Source of the DNA: an uncultured virus (IMG/VR IMGVR_UViG_3300032038_000013)
Taxonomy: Duplodnaviria > Heunggongvirae > Uroviricota > Caudoviricetes
Strand: one strand, 5' to 3'
Length of the DNA: 64,000 nt
Virus record (IMG/VR): IMGVR_UViG_3300032038_000013
The translations under genes and the position numbers were made by a program. Of the stretch, positions 44,035 to 57,484 are shown piece after piece. The notes below the pieces were generated by a model that was not told where the DNA came from, did no database searches, and was given only the letters and a program-made list of their open reading frames with translations. Every line of letters starts with the position of its first letter. The first letter of the stretch is position 1.

Positions 44035-46713
44035 ATGGAACTTAATATTGAAACATTAGATAAAAAAGTATTTAAAATTGCTCTTGATGAAGAGTGTGAA
44101 CGTCAGACTATGAATCAAAACATGGTTAAAGCACAAATTAAACGTGGCACTAGATTTGATGGTGACGAAGATTTTATTAAAGAAGTAGATAGACTTAAAG
44201 AATCATTTAAGAAAATATCTCGTAAGAGAAAACCGGTCTTTGAAATTTCTGATGAGGAATTTAAATTTCTTGAACGATTGACAAAAAATCAGACAATTAT
44301 ATCAAATAGCAGAATCAAAGACTGGGAACCTGATGGTCTGATGACAAAATATTTTAAGAATAGATATCTTGAAGAAAATAAAAATGCTACTGAAGAAACT
44401 TATGAGGAAACAAGATTAAAGATTATTCAATATGACAAGGATCTTAAAACTTGTATGAAAGAATTATCAATTATTCTTGGTATTGAATATGATCCAGATT
44501 TAATTTAATATGGAAGATTTAAATAATAAAAGTTACGAAGATCGTATTAAAGATATAAAAAATAATTTATATCTTGGTGGTGGCGAAGGACAAGCAATTA
44601 CATTACTTAATGTAATGATGAGTCCATTTGGATGTAAAGAATTTGGATATGCCGATATTGATACATCAAATGTTCTTAACATTATTTCTCAGCAAATCAG
44701 AGAATTGATTAGAGTAGTAAAGGATGGTGGTATTGTTCCTATTAAGATTTTTGAAAGTAATTTTAAAGATACACATCGTCAGCATGATGCTTATGCATGT
44801 CTTGATAAGAATTTGAAATTTTGTGTTAAGCATTATGGGGAGGAAGACTGGAAAAATATATTATATGTATTTCCATATATGAATTGTATGACTGCATTTG
44901 ATGTTAGTTTTAAGTATGATCATATTCATCAAACAGAAATTTAATTATGACAATAGACGAATTATTTAATATGCCAATTTTTCAAATGAAAGAATGGCTT
45001 ACAGAGAATTATAGAGATCCAGTAGGAACATATAAAGGTGATTATTGGTTCACAGATATTAAAGAGTGTTTTGGTGTTGAATTTCCAGAAGGTTGCGGGT
45101 GGCGTATAGTACCATGCATGTCAACATATAGAGATAAAGATAATTCACCTCTTGATAAAATTAAGACAAAGTATTATGATACTCTTAATGTTGCTGTTAC
45201 AAAAGTATCTAAGTATGGTGAATGCTTGACTTATATGTTGAGTGGTAACTTTACAAAACATGATGAACGAAAGAAATATGCAGACGGAAAGAAACATTTT
45301 GGATTTACAGAATATATTGATAGAACATATAAGTTCAATTTGACTACAATATCTGCTAATGAAGGATATGGTAATAATTCCACAAGTTCACATATCTATA
45401 TTGGTGGTCCTGATATTGTAAATAATTCTGAAATTGGAGTTTATTATCAGTTACGTGCCAGTAATGATTACAGCAATAATTGGATGAACAAATATCCATT
45501 TATTGATGTTAATGATTCAATTGAATATAAGAGCGCTCCTATTTTAAGAAGTGTTGATAAGAACAAGCATTCATTAAATGAATATGCAAATAAAATTGAA
45601 GAATATGGGAAGAAAGTTCAAGAGATTGGATTGAAAGCATACAATGATAATAAATCAATTGTAGATGATGCTAGCTTTATTAAAAAGTGTAAGACTGTAC
45701 ATTTGAAGTCAAAAGAGATTTTTGATTTGTGGCTTGTACTTTATATTGAAAATCAAAATGTTACTTTTGATGATGTTATTGGTATGTGCCGTCTTTCAGA
45801 AAGTAAAGAAAACATTATCAGAGAATATGTTGAGAAATGTAAATGTAAGGTTATTGAAAAGGACTGGGAGGACAAATGGACATTAACTGAACATCCAAGT
45901 TACAATTGTTATCATTTGTGTTTGCTTTATGGAAAGAATTCATTTACATCAACGTCAGGTTTTAATGGATATCTTAAAGATTTGGACAAGACTCGTACAA
46001 TGTACAAGTCATTGAATAATTATAAAGATACCATTAAAAATGCAAAAGCAGACTATAAAGATAGTTATAAATTGATGGCACAAACATTTGAAAATAAACT
46101 TCTTGATGTATATGAAGAAATAAGAGAAAAAATTGAAGCAATTAAAGATGGATATCTTGAAAAATCCAAAGAGATTTATAAAGAAATTCATGAAAAATAT
46201 CCAGGTGTTGATGATATTGATGTTGGCATTTATGAAGATGAAGATGATATTGTAAACAATATTCATAAGGCATTTGAAAAGACTGCTCCATTATTGATGA
46301 AAAGAATTGATCCTAAATATAAAGGATTAAGTCATAAGAAAATTGAAACAAAAACAGCAAAAGAGAAGGAAGACGATACTGATTTCTTGAATCTTTGTAA
46401 AAAAATGTTTGATGCATCTCCAAGTTTGGATAAGATTATTTATTATTCAATTCATAAATCATATGATGCACCTTATGAAATATATGAATCTGATGTTGAA
46501 TGTGGAGGCTTAGGTGATGATGCAATTTATGATTATGAAGAGAAATATGGAGAAGGATCATTTGATGATTGGGCTAACGATTTTGAAAGATTGATACCTG
46601 CAGGTCCATCTGATTATCATTCACTTGGTTCTGATTTATATCCGGGAGAAGAATACAATTTGTTTGTAAATAGAAAACTCGAATATGATGAAGGAACTGA
46701 ATATACTGGATAA
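44035..46713 (+). CDS. Three hypothetical genes (157, 144 and 588 aa)
   Basis: ORFs 44035-44508, 44510-44944 and 44947-46713. Confidence 0.7.
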
Positions 46714-46779
46714 TTTATCGTATAATATTTGAATTTTATAAATTAAATACTATATTATATTTGTAAAAATCAAATAAAT

Positions 46780-49307
46780 ATGAGTAAAGAACAAGCATTA
46801 AATTTAATATTTAATTATTTCAACTCTCAACTTGCTAATGGATTTCGTATTGATAGCGGGCTGGGAGTTGAATACTTTCATTGTCATTGTGCAGATGTAA
46901 TTCGTGGTTATATCATTGGGTGTTCAGTTGATAAGAAAACAAAGAAAATCAAATTCTTGGTTGACATGACAGAATACCGATATGATGGCCAATGCCGCCC
47001 TGATAAGGAGGTAAAAGTTGGTAATGTATGGGTTCCAGTTTCTAAAGTTAACAAGGATGAGGTAATTGGAGTTTGTAAATTGCTTAAATTGATTTAATAT
47101 GAAAAAAATATTAATTTTAATGATTGTACTTAATGCTTGTCTTATTTCTTGTGTTGATAGATATGACACTCATTGGGTACCAATTAAGTCTTACAAGTGT
47201 TGGGTAATTTGGAATAATAATCATTTCAGTTTACAATGTAAAACAAAGCAAGGTGATATTTTCAATGTTGAAATGCGTCATCACCATTATTATCAATCTG
47301 AACTGCGTAATTATTTATATGTTTAGGCACCTTGTGAAATATATGTATTTCAAGATACAATTACAAAAGACTGTTATTACAGATTATATAAATATGATAA
47401 TTACGAAGCTCATACATTGTCGATTGTAAAAATTAAATAATATGAAATTGCTTGATATTACAGAAGCTCTACATGAAATGAAAGCAGGAAAGGTGATTTT
47501 AATTGTAAAATCAATGACTACTGCTCGAATAAGACGAGATTTAAGTGAAAGCCGTATTTGGTATTGTGGAACATTTATGACTCAGAAGAAATTCAAAGAT
47601 ATGTTCGGACCAAATACAAAATTCGGCCGAGATGGATTTTATCTTTATGATGAGTGGGTTGAAGAAGATAAGAAGAAACGTCCTTGGAAATATCCTAATA
47701 ATTAATTAATATGCATTATATAGCTGAACTTTTTAATTGTAACGAAGATTTGTTTTATACAATTTATGATTATCTTCGTTTTGAGAAACCTGAGAAGTGG
47801 AACTTTATTAAGACTTTAGATGATTTTAGTTTTGTTGATGTTCCTGAGATGAAGGATCTTGCAACAGATGCTTGTAATTGGCTTGAGACTTTTGTTCCTT
47901 CAATTAACGGATATGATGTAGATTCAATTGCAAAGAATACTTTGTATTATATGACTCTTTCATATATGAATAGTCATGTTGAATATTACGGGACTCCTAC
48001 TTATAGTTGTCGTGATGCTGAAGATCGTAAGAAAGTATCAATTAAGGCAATTGAATGGCTTCGTGATTGTATTAATAAAATAGGTTAAGATGATGATATA
48101 TTGTGGAAATACTCCAATTATACTTCCAGGGTGTCCGGCACCAAATAATGATAATAATGATAATGAAGATATAACGTGGAAAGATATTATTATCTCACTT
48201 ATAATTATTGCAGTTGTTAGTTTTATAATTTATAAACTTTTAGAATATGGCTTATATCATTAGTGATTCAGAACTTGAACGTATTTGTGAACGTTCAGAA
48301 CAGACATGTAATTGTGATTGTTATCATTGTGAAGCTTATTGGGCAAATTATAGATATCATAACGATTAATATGAAGCAATACGAATTAAGAGATCTTGAG
48401 ACTGGTAAGGAATATATTGTTGCTTATCATAATAAATACAAATGGATTCCTTGTGTTGTAAAGGTTGTTAAAGAATATACTGTAAAGTTTATTCGTCCAC
48501 AAAATCAGACACATTCTCCAATTGAATTTGATGTGGAATATACAATTGCAAATTTTTGGCACGAGCATCGTGGGATTGACTTATTTGGAAATAAATTTAG
48601 AATGCTTAATACATTTGAAACATTTGGATTGTGTCAAGCATGGTGTGAATTTGAAAATAGTATAAACGATTATATTGAAAACAATGGAACGGAATTTTAA
48701 GAATTATATAAGAGTAAAAATTTTTAATAATGATTGGCATTATGAAGAAATTGAAGATTACGAAGTTACATTTGATAAATATAAAAGAATTAATGTAAGT
48801 GGTCATGCTTCATATAATCGTTGGTTTGAATATAAGGGGCGTTCAATTTCTCAATTAAAGAAAATGCTTGATGAAATTACAGTAAAACCAAAAGGAGAAT
48901 ATGTTATACCTTTTGATTGGAATTATAAAGATTGTTTTCTTGAAGTAATTGATGTAAATATACCAGATAATCCTAAAGAGAATGAAATTTTTGATAAGTT
49001 TCCAGATTTATATCTTGGATTATCAGATGAAGCAATTATATTTTTGCTTCCAGAACTGAAAAAATTTATTACTGAAAACATAAAGAAAGAACCTAATGCT
49101 GTTGTAAATTTTCCGGAAAGAATACATTTAGAATTTCCAAAATGGAGTTTTTTTGATATTGAAGGAGAATATGGATATAATAAAACAGGTAAGCCACGTT
49201 GTAAACTAAAGCATTTTAGTTATAATCCAGGAGGAAGATTTTGGTTTAATGAAAGACATAATTTTACAAAACTTCAGAATCTAATTAAGGAGTATGTTGA
49301 AAGTTAA
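46780..49307 (+). CDS. Cluster of small early hypothetical genes
   Basis: Follows the promoter at 46748; includes unlisted ORFs at 48089 and 48247; the listed 48263 ORF probably starts at 48371. Confidence 0.65.
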
Positions 49308-49361
49308 AATATAAGTTTCTATATTAATTATGATAATATTATTAAAATAAAAAAGAAGAAT

Positions 49362-49673
49362 ATGGAGTTTTTAAAAAAGAAGTGGTATATAATTGTTATT
49401 GTACTTTTACTTTTATTTGGAATGAATAAGTGTGCAAGTTCTTGTACAAATTCAAATATGTATGAGGATGCACAAAAGGAACATGCAGAATATGTACAGA
49501 AGATGGATTCTACTGTAAAAGTTCTTAATGATTCAATTACTGTTTTGAATACAAAGATAACAGTTTATGAAGAGAAAGTTGCTGGATTAAATAACGCATT
49601 ATCAATTCAAGATGAAGCAAATAAGCGTATTTCTGAAGCAAAGAAGAATATTAATGTTAATGTTAGAAAGTAA
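49362..49673 (+). CDS. Membrane-anchored coiled-coil protein
   Basis: N-terminal TM helix followed by heptad pattern. Confidence 0.6.
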   Translation: MEFLKKKWYIIVIVLLLLFGMNKCASSCTNSNMYEDAQKEHAEYVQKMDSTVKVLNDSITVLNTKITVYEEKVAGLNNALSIQDEANKRISEAKKNINVNVRK

Positions 49674-49891
49674 TGGCAAAACAAAGTTCAATTGAACAGT
49701 TCGGACAAGTTATTGAAAATTTATCTAATTCAATGTTTAGAGTTGAGCTAGATAATGGTGTACCTATTCTTTGTCATATTTCTGGTAAAATTCGTGTAAA
49801 TAATATTCGTATTATGCCAGGTGACAGAGTAAAAGTTGAAATGAGTCCTTATGATTTGACAAAAGGTAGAATTGTTTTAAGACTTAAGTAA
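49673..49891 (+). CDS. infA: Translation initiation factor IF-1
   Basis: [54 protein letters not shown]. Confidence 0.97.
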   Translation: MAKQSSIEQFGQVIENLSNSMFRVELDNGVPILCHISGKIRVNNIRIMPGDRVKVEMSPYDLTKGRIVLRLK

Positions 49892-49892
49892 T

Positions 49893-52761
49893 ATGAGTTT
49901 AGTTGCTGGATTAAACAAGGAGGATATGACTTGTTGGTGTCCTGCTTGTGGTGATATTGTTGATGTAGAAGAAGATGATTTTGAAGGTGATTATGTATTT
50001 GAATATCCAGAATATGATGTAATATGCCCTCGTTGTCATCAATTGTTTTATGTATCTGAAGGATATAATTAATGAGTACACTTGAATTAAAGAAAAAAGG
50101 CGCTGAATATTTCAATTCATTAGATAATGAAACTAAACAATTAATAATTAATGTTATGCATAGCACTATTGATATGTGTAATGATTTTAATGTTGAAGAT
50201 AATCATCCAATAATGTTTTATGAAGGTGCCGCATGGTGGGCATTTCGTATGGAAATGCTAGGTCATATGTTAAATGATGAATTTTATAATGTAAGAACAA
50301 ATCAATGGGAACCGTATGAAGATAAAACTTCTTAAACAAATTAGACAACAAGTTGCCAATAAATATCACGTTACACATACAAAAGAAAACGATGGTTCAT
50401 ATAAATGGAGAATACAATGCGGTCCTCAAACTTATTTAGCATATTGTGAATGGGATGAAAGGAAAAATGCAGATGAATATATGATTTATTTATGGCAAAA
50501 GGAAGCTGCAGAATATTTATGGAATCATCGTAATGAAAGAAATAACAAACGTAAACATTATATTTGGTAATTATGGGAGAAATACCTGATCCTCATTATA
50601 CTCAAGCTATATTTGATTTTTATAACAAGATTGGAATGTATTATAATTATAAACAACATAAATTTGTAAAAAATGAAAGTTATAATTGATACAAAAACTG
50701 GTGAAGCTAAAATTAACGGTAAGTTAATTAAAGATGCATCTGAATATAATAAGCAGCTTGCCCGTACTGTATTGAATAATACAATATGTGATAATTATCC
50801 GCTTTCAGATTATGAAGAGGATTGTATGTGGATGTCTTATCGTTATTGTGTTGGGCGTCATACAATTGCAGCAAGTATGCATGCTCCTGCTATTTGGAAA
50901 CACTGTAAAGGTAGGATGTCTGATGAGCGTGCTTTATTTACAGCATTTGATATTAATAGAGAAATTGAATCTTCAATGGTATTTATTAAGCCTTACTTTC
51001 ATTTCCCGTTAACATCTCTTAATCGTATTTATACATCTGCTATTGATATTTTCTGTCAGTTCTTAGAAGATTATAAGATTGAAGATATTGCTGATTTAAT
51101 TAAATATAGAGATGTGTATATTAAATTATCAGATAATGATCGTGGTTATACATTTGAAACTGTAACGTGGGAAGAATGGCTTCGTCCACAAGTATTAGAT
51201 ATTGTTTCAAAGTATTACGGTAATGATGCAATGTCTGAAGACTTCGCTTGGAAGTATTTTGAAACTTGGGCATCTGGTGAAAAAATGAATCAAGAAGAGA
51301 TGATTAAGGAGTTCGAAAGAATTACAAGAGATATGCCAACAGAAGAAAGATATTATATGCATGATATTGAAGATTTATTTGTATGGAATGATCTTGTACA
51401 TTGTTTTGATTATGAACATCATCATAAATCAATTCTTACAGACGGTTCTGAAGTTGAATGGTTTTGGTCTTGGACAAACAAAACAGTTCAAAAGGAAGAC
51501 GGATATTATTACAGAACATTTGGATATAAGAAAATTCGAGTTCCAGTAAATGAATGGAATGGAAGTTGTTCTCCATATATTCCAGATGAATCAATTAAAG
51601 AAGATATTTATTAATCATTTTAATAAAATTAAATGAGATATTTATAAATCATTTTAATAGTTTTGAATCATTTTAATAGCCATTTAAAATGATTCAAATT
51701 TTTTCTAATGTTATGAATTACAATACAGACGATGCATTAAATGCAAAAGTTTATATGATGGAATATAAATTTTTAGATGAAACTCATAAACTTAATGCAG
51801 GTATAATTGGAAGATTCTTCGAAAAGATATTTGGAACGTCAGCATATACAGATATTGAAGAATATTTGCAAAATAAATATAATTTATCATATTACAAAGC
51901 AACGGAAGTACTATATTATACTAATAATGATAAATATATTTACAATCCGTTTAAATGAAAGACGATATATTAGGAGCTATGGGTCCTCAAGGACCACAAA
52001 TTGACCCAATGACATATCCACAAATCACTTGTGATAAGTGTGGTCATAATACTTTTAGAAGAGAAGTTATAATGTATAATATTCCAGGTGTTGCACTTGG
52101 TGCCGGTACTGGAGATATTCCTTATCCAATTCCTGTTTATGTTTGTGCAAAATGTGGTACAATTATAAAAGCAGTAAGAGAAGAAATTGAAGCAGCAGCA
52201 AAGAAAGCAGTTGAAAATAAAGAAGCAGCAAAAGGTACATCATTAATTTTATAACTATGAAAATAAAAACTAAAATTTTTGAAGGACTAAATTGTTTAGA
52301 AGAATTTCTAAATGAAGAAATTGATTATAAAGGATTTCGTCCAGAAAATGTCATATTAGGTATTACACAAAATAAAGAATTTTATACAGTTATTTATAAA
52401 GATTTAAATGATGAATGAATTTTTAAAAAACAATCATCCATCTGAATTAGATAATAAAGAGTTGAATAATTTTAATACAAAGAACGAAATTTCAGAAATT
52501 AAATTATTCAATAGAGATGGTGCTAATTTAAGATTAGTGTCTGAAGATGGTTTATTATGGAGATTTAAAGTAGATCTTGAACATAAGTATGTACTTGAAT
52601 ATATGCGTTATGGACTTGAAAAGGATAACAGAACAATTTGTATGATAGATCCTTCGGGTGGTCCATATATGACTATTGGAACAAAAATTGGACAAGATTT
52701 TGTCATTGATGCATTTGTTGAATTAGATGGTGAATGTTTGATTCATACAAATCGTCTATAA
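49893..52761 (+). CDS. Hypothetical genes including two Zn-ribbon proteins (starting 49893 and 51955)
   Basis: CPAC..CPRC; CDKC..CAKC; 313-aa ORF at 50673-51614. Confidence 0.65.
51613..51678. repeat. Three copies of AATCATTTTAATA
   Basis: 51613-51625, 51647-51659 and 51666-51678. Confidence 0.8.
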
Positions 52762-52786
52762 TTTGTATTATTAATAAAATATTAAA

Positions 52787-53719
52787 TTGGAAATGAAGTT
52801 TACGAAAAAGACTATTTACATTGGGCTTTTTTCGATTCTTTATTTAATTGTAGCATTCAGTTCATTTTTTCATGCTTGTGCATTCTTTGGTTTAGCAAAC
52901 AATTCATGGATGTCAGTTATATTGGCATTTGCATTTGAGGTTGGACAAGCTGCTGTATTGTTTAGCTTATTAACATCAGAAAAGGATAGAAAGAGATTTA
53001 TGCCATGGACTCTGATGTTTATGTTTACTTTAGTACAGGTTATTGGTAACGTATATAGTTCTTATAAATATATTGTACTTAATTCAGTTGATAATCTGAA
53101 ATATTTTAAAGAACCAATATTTATATGGACAAAGAATTTACCTGATGACCAAGCAACAGTAATAATTGTATATCTTGTAGGTGCATTGCTTCCTATTGCT
53201 GCATTATTACTTACATCTATGGTAACAAATTATTTATCTGACCAAGAAGCATTACAAAAAGAACAAGAAGAATTAGAACTTGGAGAAGAAGTTGGGGAAA
53301 TCGAAGATGAGGAAGAACTTGAAGATAATGATTTGAATGTTGAATTAGAAAAGAAAGATGAAGAAATAGCTAGAATTAGACAAGAACTTGAAGAATTAAA
53401 ACAATCAAAAGAAAATACTGATGAGACTGAAAAAGACGAGGAAACACTTCGCGACGACGGAAGCAATGATTCGTTACAACAAGAGGATGAAGATGTTGAA
53501 CAGTCCGCAAGTACAAAAAGTGAGAATGGTGATGAGGATTCAATCGAACATATCGAAGAGCCTAATGGACAAGAATCAGACACAGGAGAATCTGAACCCG
53601 GAGTGGATGATACAATATCAGAAGGAACGGGAGTTGAAGAAACAACAGAGGAAGAATTGGCTGAAGAACCTGTTGAAGAGAATATTCAAAAACGAGAATC
53701 ACATTTTATAAATTTATAA
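52787..53719 (+). CDS. Multi-pass membrane protein with long acidic tail
   Basis: About 4 hydrophobic helices, then a Glu/Asp-rich region. Confidence 0.75.
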   Translation: MEMKFTKKTIYIGLFSILYLIVAFSSFFHACAFFGLANNSWMSVILAFAFEVGQAAVLFSLLTSEKDRKRFMPWTLMFMFTLVQVIGNVYSSYKYIVLNSVDNLKYFKEPIFIWTKNLPDDQATVIIVYLVGALLPIAALLLTSMVTNYLSDQEALQKEQEELELGEEVGEIEDEEELEDNDLNVELEKKDEEIARIRQELEELKQSKENTDETEKDEETLRDDGSNDSLQQEDEDVEQSASTKSENGDEDSIEHIEEPNGQESDTGESEPGVDDTISEGTGVEETTEEELAEEPVEENIQKRESHFINL

Positions 53720-53720
53720 A

Positions 53721-53750
53721 GAAATGAGGAATCTTAAGATTCCTCATTTC
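53721..53750. terminator. Bidirectional terminator (perfect 30-bp palindrome)
   Basis: GAAATGAGGAATCTTAAGATTCCTCATTTC. Confidence 0.8.
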
Positions 53751-54396
53751 GTATTATATTTATATCTTCATATTTACAATTATTCAATTCTTCATAAAAA
53801 TATTTATTTTTTTCCCAAAATTCAGAAAACATAGTTATAACAATTTGTTTATTTTCGTGGTTTCTCAAAAGTTCAGTATCATAAGTAAATACAGGATAAT
53901 TTATATTAAATATTTCTTTAAAATCTTTTTCTGGCATTCTCCCATTAATAAATAATAAACGTTTTTTAACATAATCAGGTAACATAATAAATGTATTTAT
54001 TATATCTGATTTTATAAGATTATAATCAGTGTACGTTGTACTATATACAAAAAAATAATTATTATTTTTACTTGCTTCTTTACAATATTCATAAAAAAAT
54101 TGTAATCTTTTAAGTAATTCAATTTTTGTCTTTTTTAATCTAAAATTATTATGTATCATTTGATAACCATCAAATTGGCATAATTCATAATCATCATATA
54201 TATTTGTATTTGAAAAACTATAATTATTATTTATAATTGATTTTAAAAAATCATAATTAAATAATTTATAAACATATTTAAAATATCCAAGCATATTATC
54301 GACTGGACCTTTTGTTCTTAAGTTTAATTGATTGCAAAAAAACATAGAATCACAACTTGCTCCAATACTTATTATTTTTTCAATTTTGTTCTTCAT
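53734..54396 (-). CDS. DUF1796-like putative papain-like protein
   Basis: IISIGASC..LR..GPVD; HNNF..KRLQFF. Confidence 0.55.
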   Translation of the reverse strand: MKNKIEKIISIGASCDSMFFCNQLNLRTKGPVDNMLGYFKYVYKLFNYDFLKSIINNNYSFSNTNIYDDYELCQFDGYQMIHNNFRLKKTKIELLKRLQFFYEYCKEASKNNNYFFVYSTTYTDYNLIKSDIINTFIMLPDYVKKRLLFINGRMPEKDFKEIFNINYPVFTYDTELLRNHENKQIVITMFSEFWEKNKYFYEELNNCKYEDINIIRNEES

Positions 54397-54749
54397 TTGT
54401 TTTTTTTATACTTATTTAATTTACCAATAATATCATATAAATCATTAATATCTTTGCCAATATATAATCCACCTTTATATGCTCTAACTAATTCCTCGTT
54501 TTTAATTATTAAGAAATTATAAGGAGATACTTCTTCCCTTATTATTTTTGCAACTATTCGTTTACAAATAAAATGATTGTTATTATTGAAGTAATGTCCA
54601 TAAACAGGAACATACTTATAATAATCTGATAAAACTTCTGATTCATTATTATCATTTCGTTTATGTGTTACAATATGTTTTTTATATATTGTATAAATAT
54701 TTGGAAATGAATCGAAATTATTCATATGATATAATCTATCTGTATTCAT
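54393..54749 (-). CDS. Hypothetical protein
   Basis: ORF behind the late motif at 54767-54779. Confidence 0.55.
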   Translation of the reverse strand: MNTDRLYHMNNFDSFPNIYTIYKKHIVTHKRNDNNESEVLSDYYKYVPVYGHYFNNNNHFICKRIVAKIIREEVSPYNFLIIKNEELVRAYKGGLYIGKDINDLYDIIGKLNKYKKNK

Positions 54750-54848
54750 AAGAAAAAATCATTTATATATTAAAAATAATTATTGATAAATTTCTATATT
54801 ATTAATACATTATTGTTATTTTAAATTAACAAAAACAAATTAGGAAAT

Positions 54849-56165
54849 ATGAATTTAGAAAAATTAATGAAAATGTTAGCACCTTATGTTGATGCTGATG
54901 AGAAAGATGTACAGGTATATGACTTAAGTACTGAGGAAGGATTAAAAGGTTATAATGAACAATTAGACCAATTAGAAAATACAAGTTTAGATGTACTTAA
55001 TTCATTTGGTATTAATGGAAAAGAATGGATAAAAGGAATGCGTGATCTTGGTCAAAAGATTTATGTGCAAAATAAATATAAGGAAGAAAAGAAACAAGAA
55101 AATAAGATTAAGAAATCTCGTTCTCTTATACATGAAGCCCTTAAGCAAATGGAACGTAAAGAGGAAGATCATACCGAGGAACCTGAAGAAGATGAAAATC
55201 CAAAGTTTGTTCGTCCATCACAAAGATTATCAATACAACAGAAGTTACAATTACATAAGATTGTTCAAGAATATGTTGATACAATGATTAAGCCATTTAA
55301 TGATGGTCATTTGACAAACGGTCAAATCAATGATGCATATGCAGGCTTATATGAGTTTGCTGCATGGATTATGAATAGATAAAATTACGTTATGGGAACA
55401 GATGCTTAATGTAGATGGTTTGAAAGAGCAGATAATGCAAACTATCAAAGATGTTATTATACCTGCTATAAAAGAAATTGAATTAGCAAGACAACCTAAT
55501 AAAAGTGATGTTGGAGAAAAACAAGCAGAACAAATTGCACAAACTTTTGATGAATTAGTAACTGAACCATTAGCAGATAATCTTGCTAATGCAATTGATT
55601 ATTATGTTAAAAACATAGCAATAACAGGAACTATAATAACGACAGGTTCTCCAGTAACACAAACGGCAATTATAACATCTCAAAAGACTCCGGTTGCAAA
55701 TGGTAAAGTACCGAATACATTAGGAATATCATAAATAAAGGCAGTACATCAGTACTGCCTATTTTATTTTAAATCTTATTAACAATTTACTATTTATTTA
55801 TAAATAAATGTTAATTTGATTAAATGGAACTTCCATCACTTCAATTATTAGAAAGTTTAAATAAAATTGATAAACCAATATCTTTGATTAAAGATAAAGA
55901 TAAATTAATTATTGTTGGCTATGTTTATATAAAAGATTTACCAAGAGAAAGAGGTATTAGAATAATTAATAGTATCAAAGATTACTTAGAGAATAGTTTT
56001 GATGATACAGTTAAAGTAATTGTTATGCCTGTTTTATCGGAAGAAAAACAAGGAATAGAAGTATTAAATCCTATATTTGCTGACAATAATTTATTAAGTA
56101 AGTTTAATGAATGTTATGAAAAAATGTTGAAATTATTGGAAGAAAAATCACTTAAAAATGATTGA
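54849..56165 (+). CDS. Three hypothetical genes
   Basis: ORFs 54849-55382, 55402-55734 and 55824-56165; terminator hairpin at 55739-55760. Confidence 0.65.
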
Positions 56166-56304
56166 AAGTATTATTATTAAATATAAGGATTTGAAAAAAT
56201 TCTTATATAAATTTGAACATTTTTATTTGATTAAACTATTTTAAAATTAATTAACAGAAGGCAAGTAATACTTGCCACATTTGAAAATATATTTGAGATT
56301 TTTT

Positions 56305-57459
56305 ATGAGTACATTTGAAAACGATTTTTTAGGTTTCGATCCTTCACAAATTGACGCATTAGGTCAAAATGGTGAAACACCAAAGGCAAGTAATCCTTTG
56401 ATTTACAAAACACGTCCAGCTGATTCTAAGTCAGAAGATGGCAAGTATCACTGCGTAATTAAGATTATTTATAATCCATTTAACCCACACCAATCATTAA
56501 TTGAACAACAATCTTATTCATTAGAAGACAAGAACGGATGGTTCGGAGTAGTTAGTAAGTTGACTAACGGTGATAAGTCATGTCCTATCTTCAAAGCATG
56601 GAAGCGTTGTCACTTTGCAGATCCTAAGAAGTATGCTGAAGATCCAGAAAAGGCAAAGTTTGAAAAGATTCTTTACAATCAAGCTGCATTGAAGAAGGAT
56701 GGTGGTAATGAATTATTTGACAAGCGTTATGCTCGTTATGTATTAATTCAAGTTCTTGAAGATGACAATCAACCTGAACAAGTTGGTAAGTTCTTATTCT
56801 GGAAGTGTCCACAATCAATTTGGGATCTTGTAGAACAAAAGACAAAACCAACAGATCCAAAGAAAGCAAAGATTCCAGTAATGGACTATTTGTTTGGTCG
56901 TTCAATTGATATTACTGTAACTCCAGGTGAAGGTAATCCAGGTGACGAATCTTACAATCGTCAAACAAAGTATACTGGAGAGATTTCTTACAAGTCAGTA
57001 TGTTGTCTTGCACCTGATGGTTCTCCATTACTTAATGACGATGAAAAGACAGTTCTTAAGAATTATGTTTCTGCAATGGAAGAAGTATGGGACAGTAAGG
57101 ATCCTGAGTTCCGTAAGACAAAGGAAGCTGAAATTCGTGCTGATGTAAATACTGTTGAATTAGGTAAGATTTACAATAAGGTTCTTGCACAAATGAAGGA
57201 ATGGTGTCCAAATCTTCTTGACGAATTTGGTTATAAGGATTGGACTCCAGAAGTAACTGCTCGTGTTGAAAATTGGATTAAGATTGTTCTTTCAGGTAAT
57301 GATCCTAAGACATATGATCCTGAGCTTGGTGCAGGTACAGCAACAACTTCAACTGGTTCTGAGGATAAGGGAGAAGGTGCTGCAAAGACAGAAGCTCCAA
57401 AGGAAGATCCATTCCCAGCAGCTACTGAAGATTCAGCAACAGATGACCTTCCATTCTAA
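56305..57459 (+). CDS. Single-stranded DNA-binding protein, T4 gp32-like
   Basis: SCPI, KRYARYVLIQVLEDDNQPEQVGK..SIWD; acidic tail ending DDLPF; ATG at 56305. Confidence 0.75.
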   Translation: MSTFENDFLGFDPSQIDALGQNGETPKASNPLIYKTRPADSKSEDGKYHCVIKIIYNPFNPHQSLIEQQSYSLEDKNGWFGVVSKLTNGDKSCPIFKAWKRCHFADPKKYAEDPEKAKFEKILYNQAALKKDGGNELFDKRYARYVLIQVLEDDNQPEQVGKFLFWKCPQSIWDLVEQKTKPTDPKKAKIPVMDYLFGRSIDITVTPGEGNPGDESYNRQTKYTGEISYKSVCCLAPDGSPLLNDDEKTVLKNYVSAMEEVWDSKDPEFRKTKEAEIRADVNTVELGKIYNKVLAQMKEWCPNLLDEFGYKDWTPEVTARVENWIKIVLSGNDPKTYDPELGAGTATTSTGSEDKGEGAAKTEAPKEDPFPAATEDSATDDLPF

Positions 57460-57484
57460 TTGTTGGAATAATATATGTTTTGTT

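Noticed and set aside
49362..49673. i-spanin
   Set aside because: TM plus coiled coil fits, but it is on the early strand, far from the endolysin, and has no o-spanin partner
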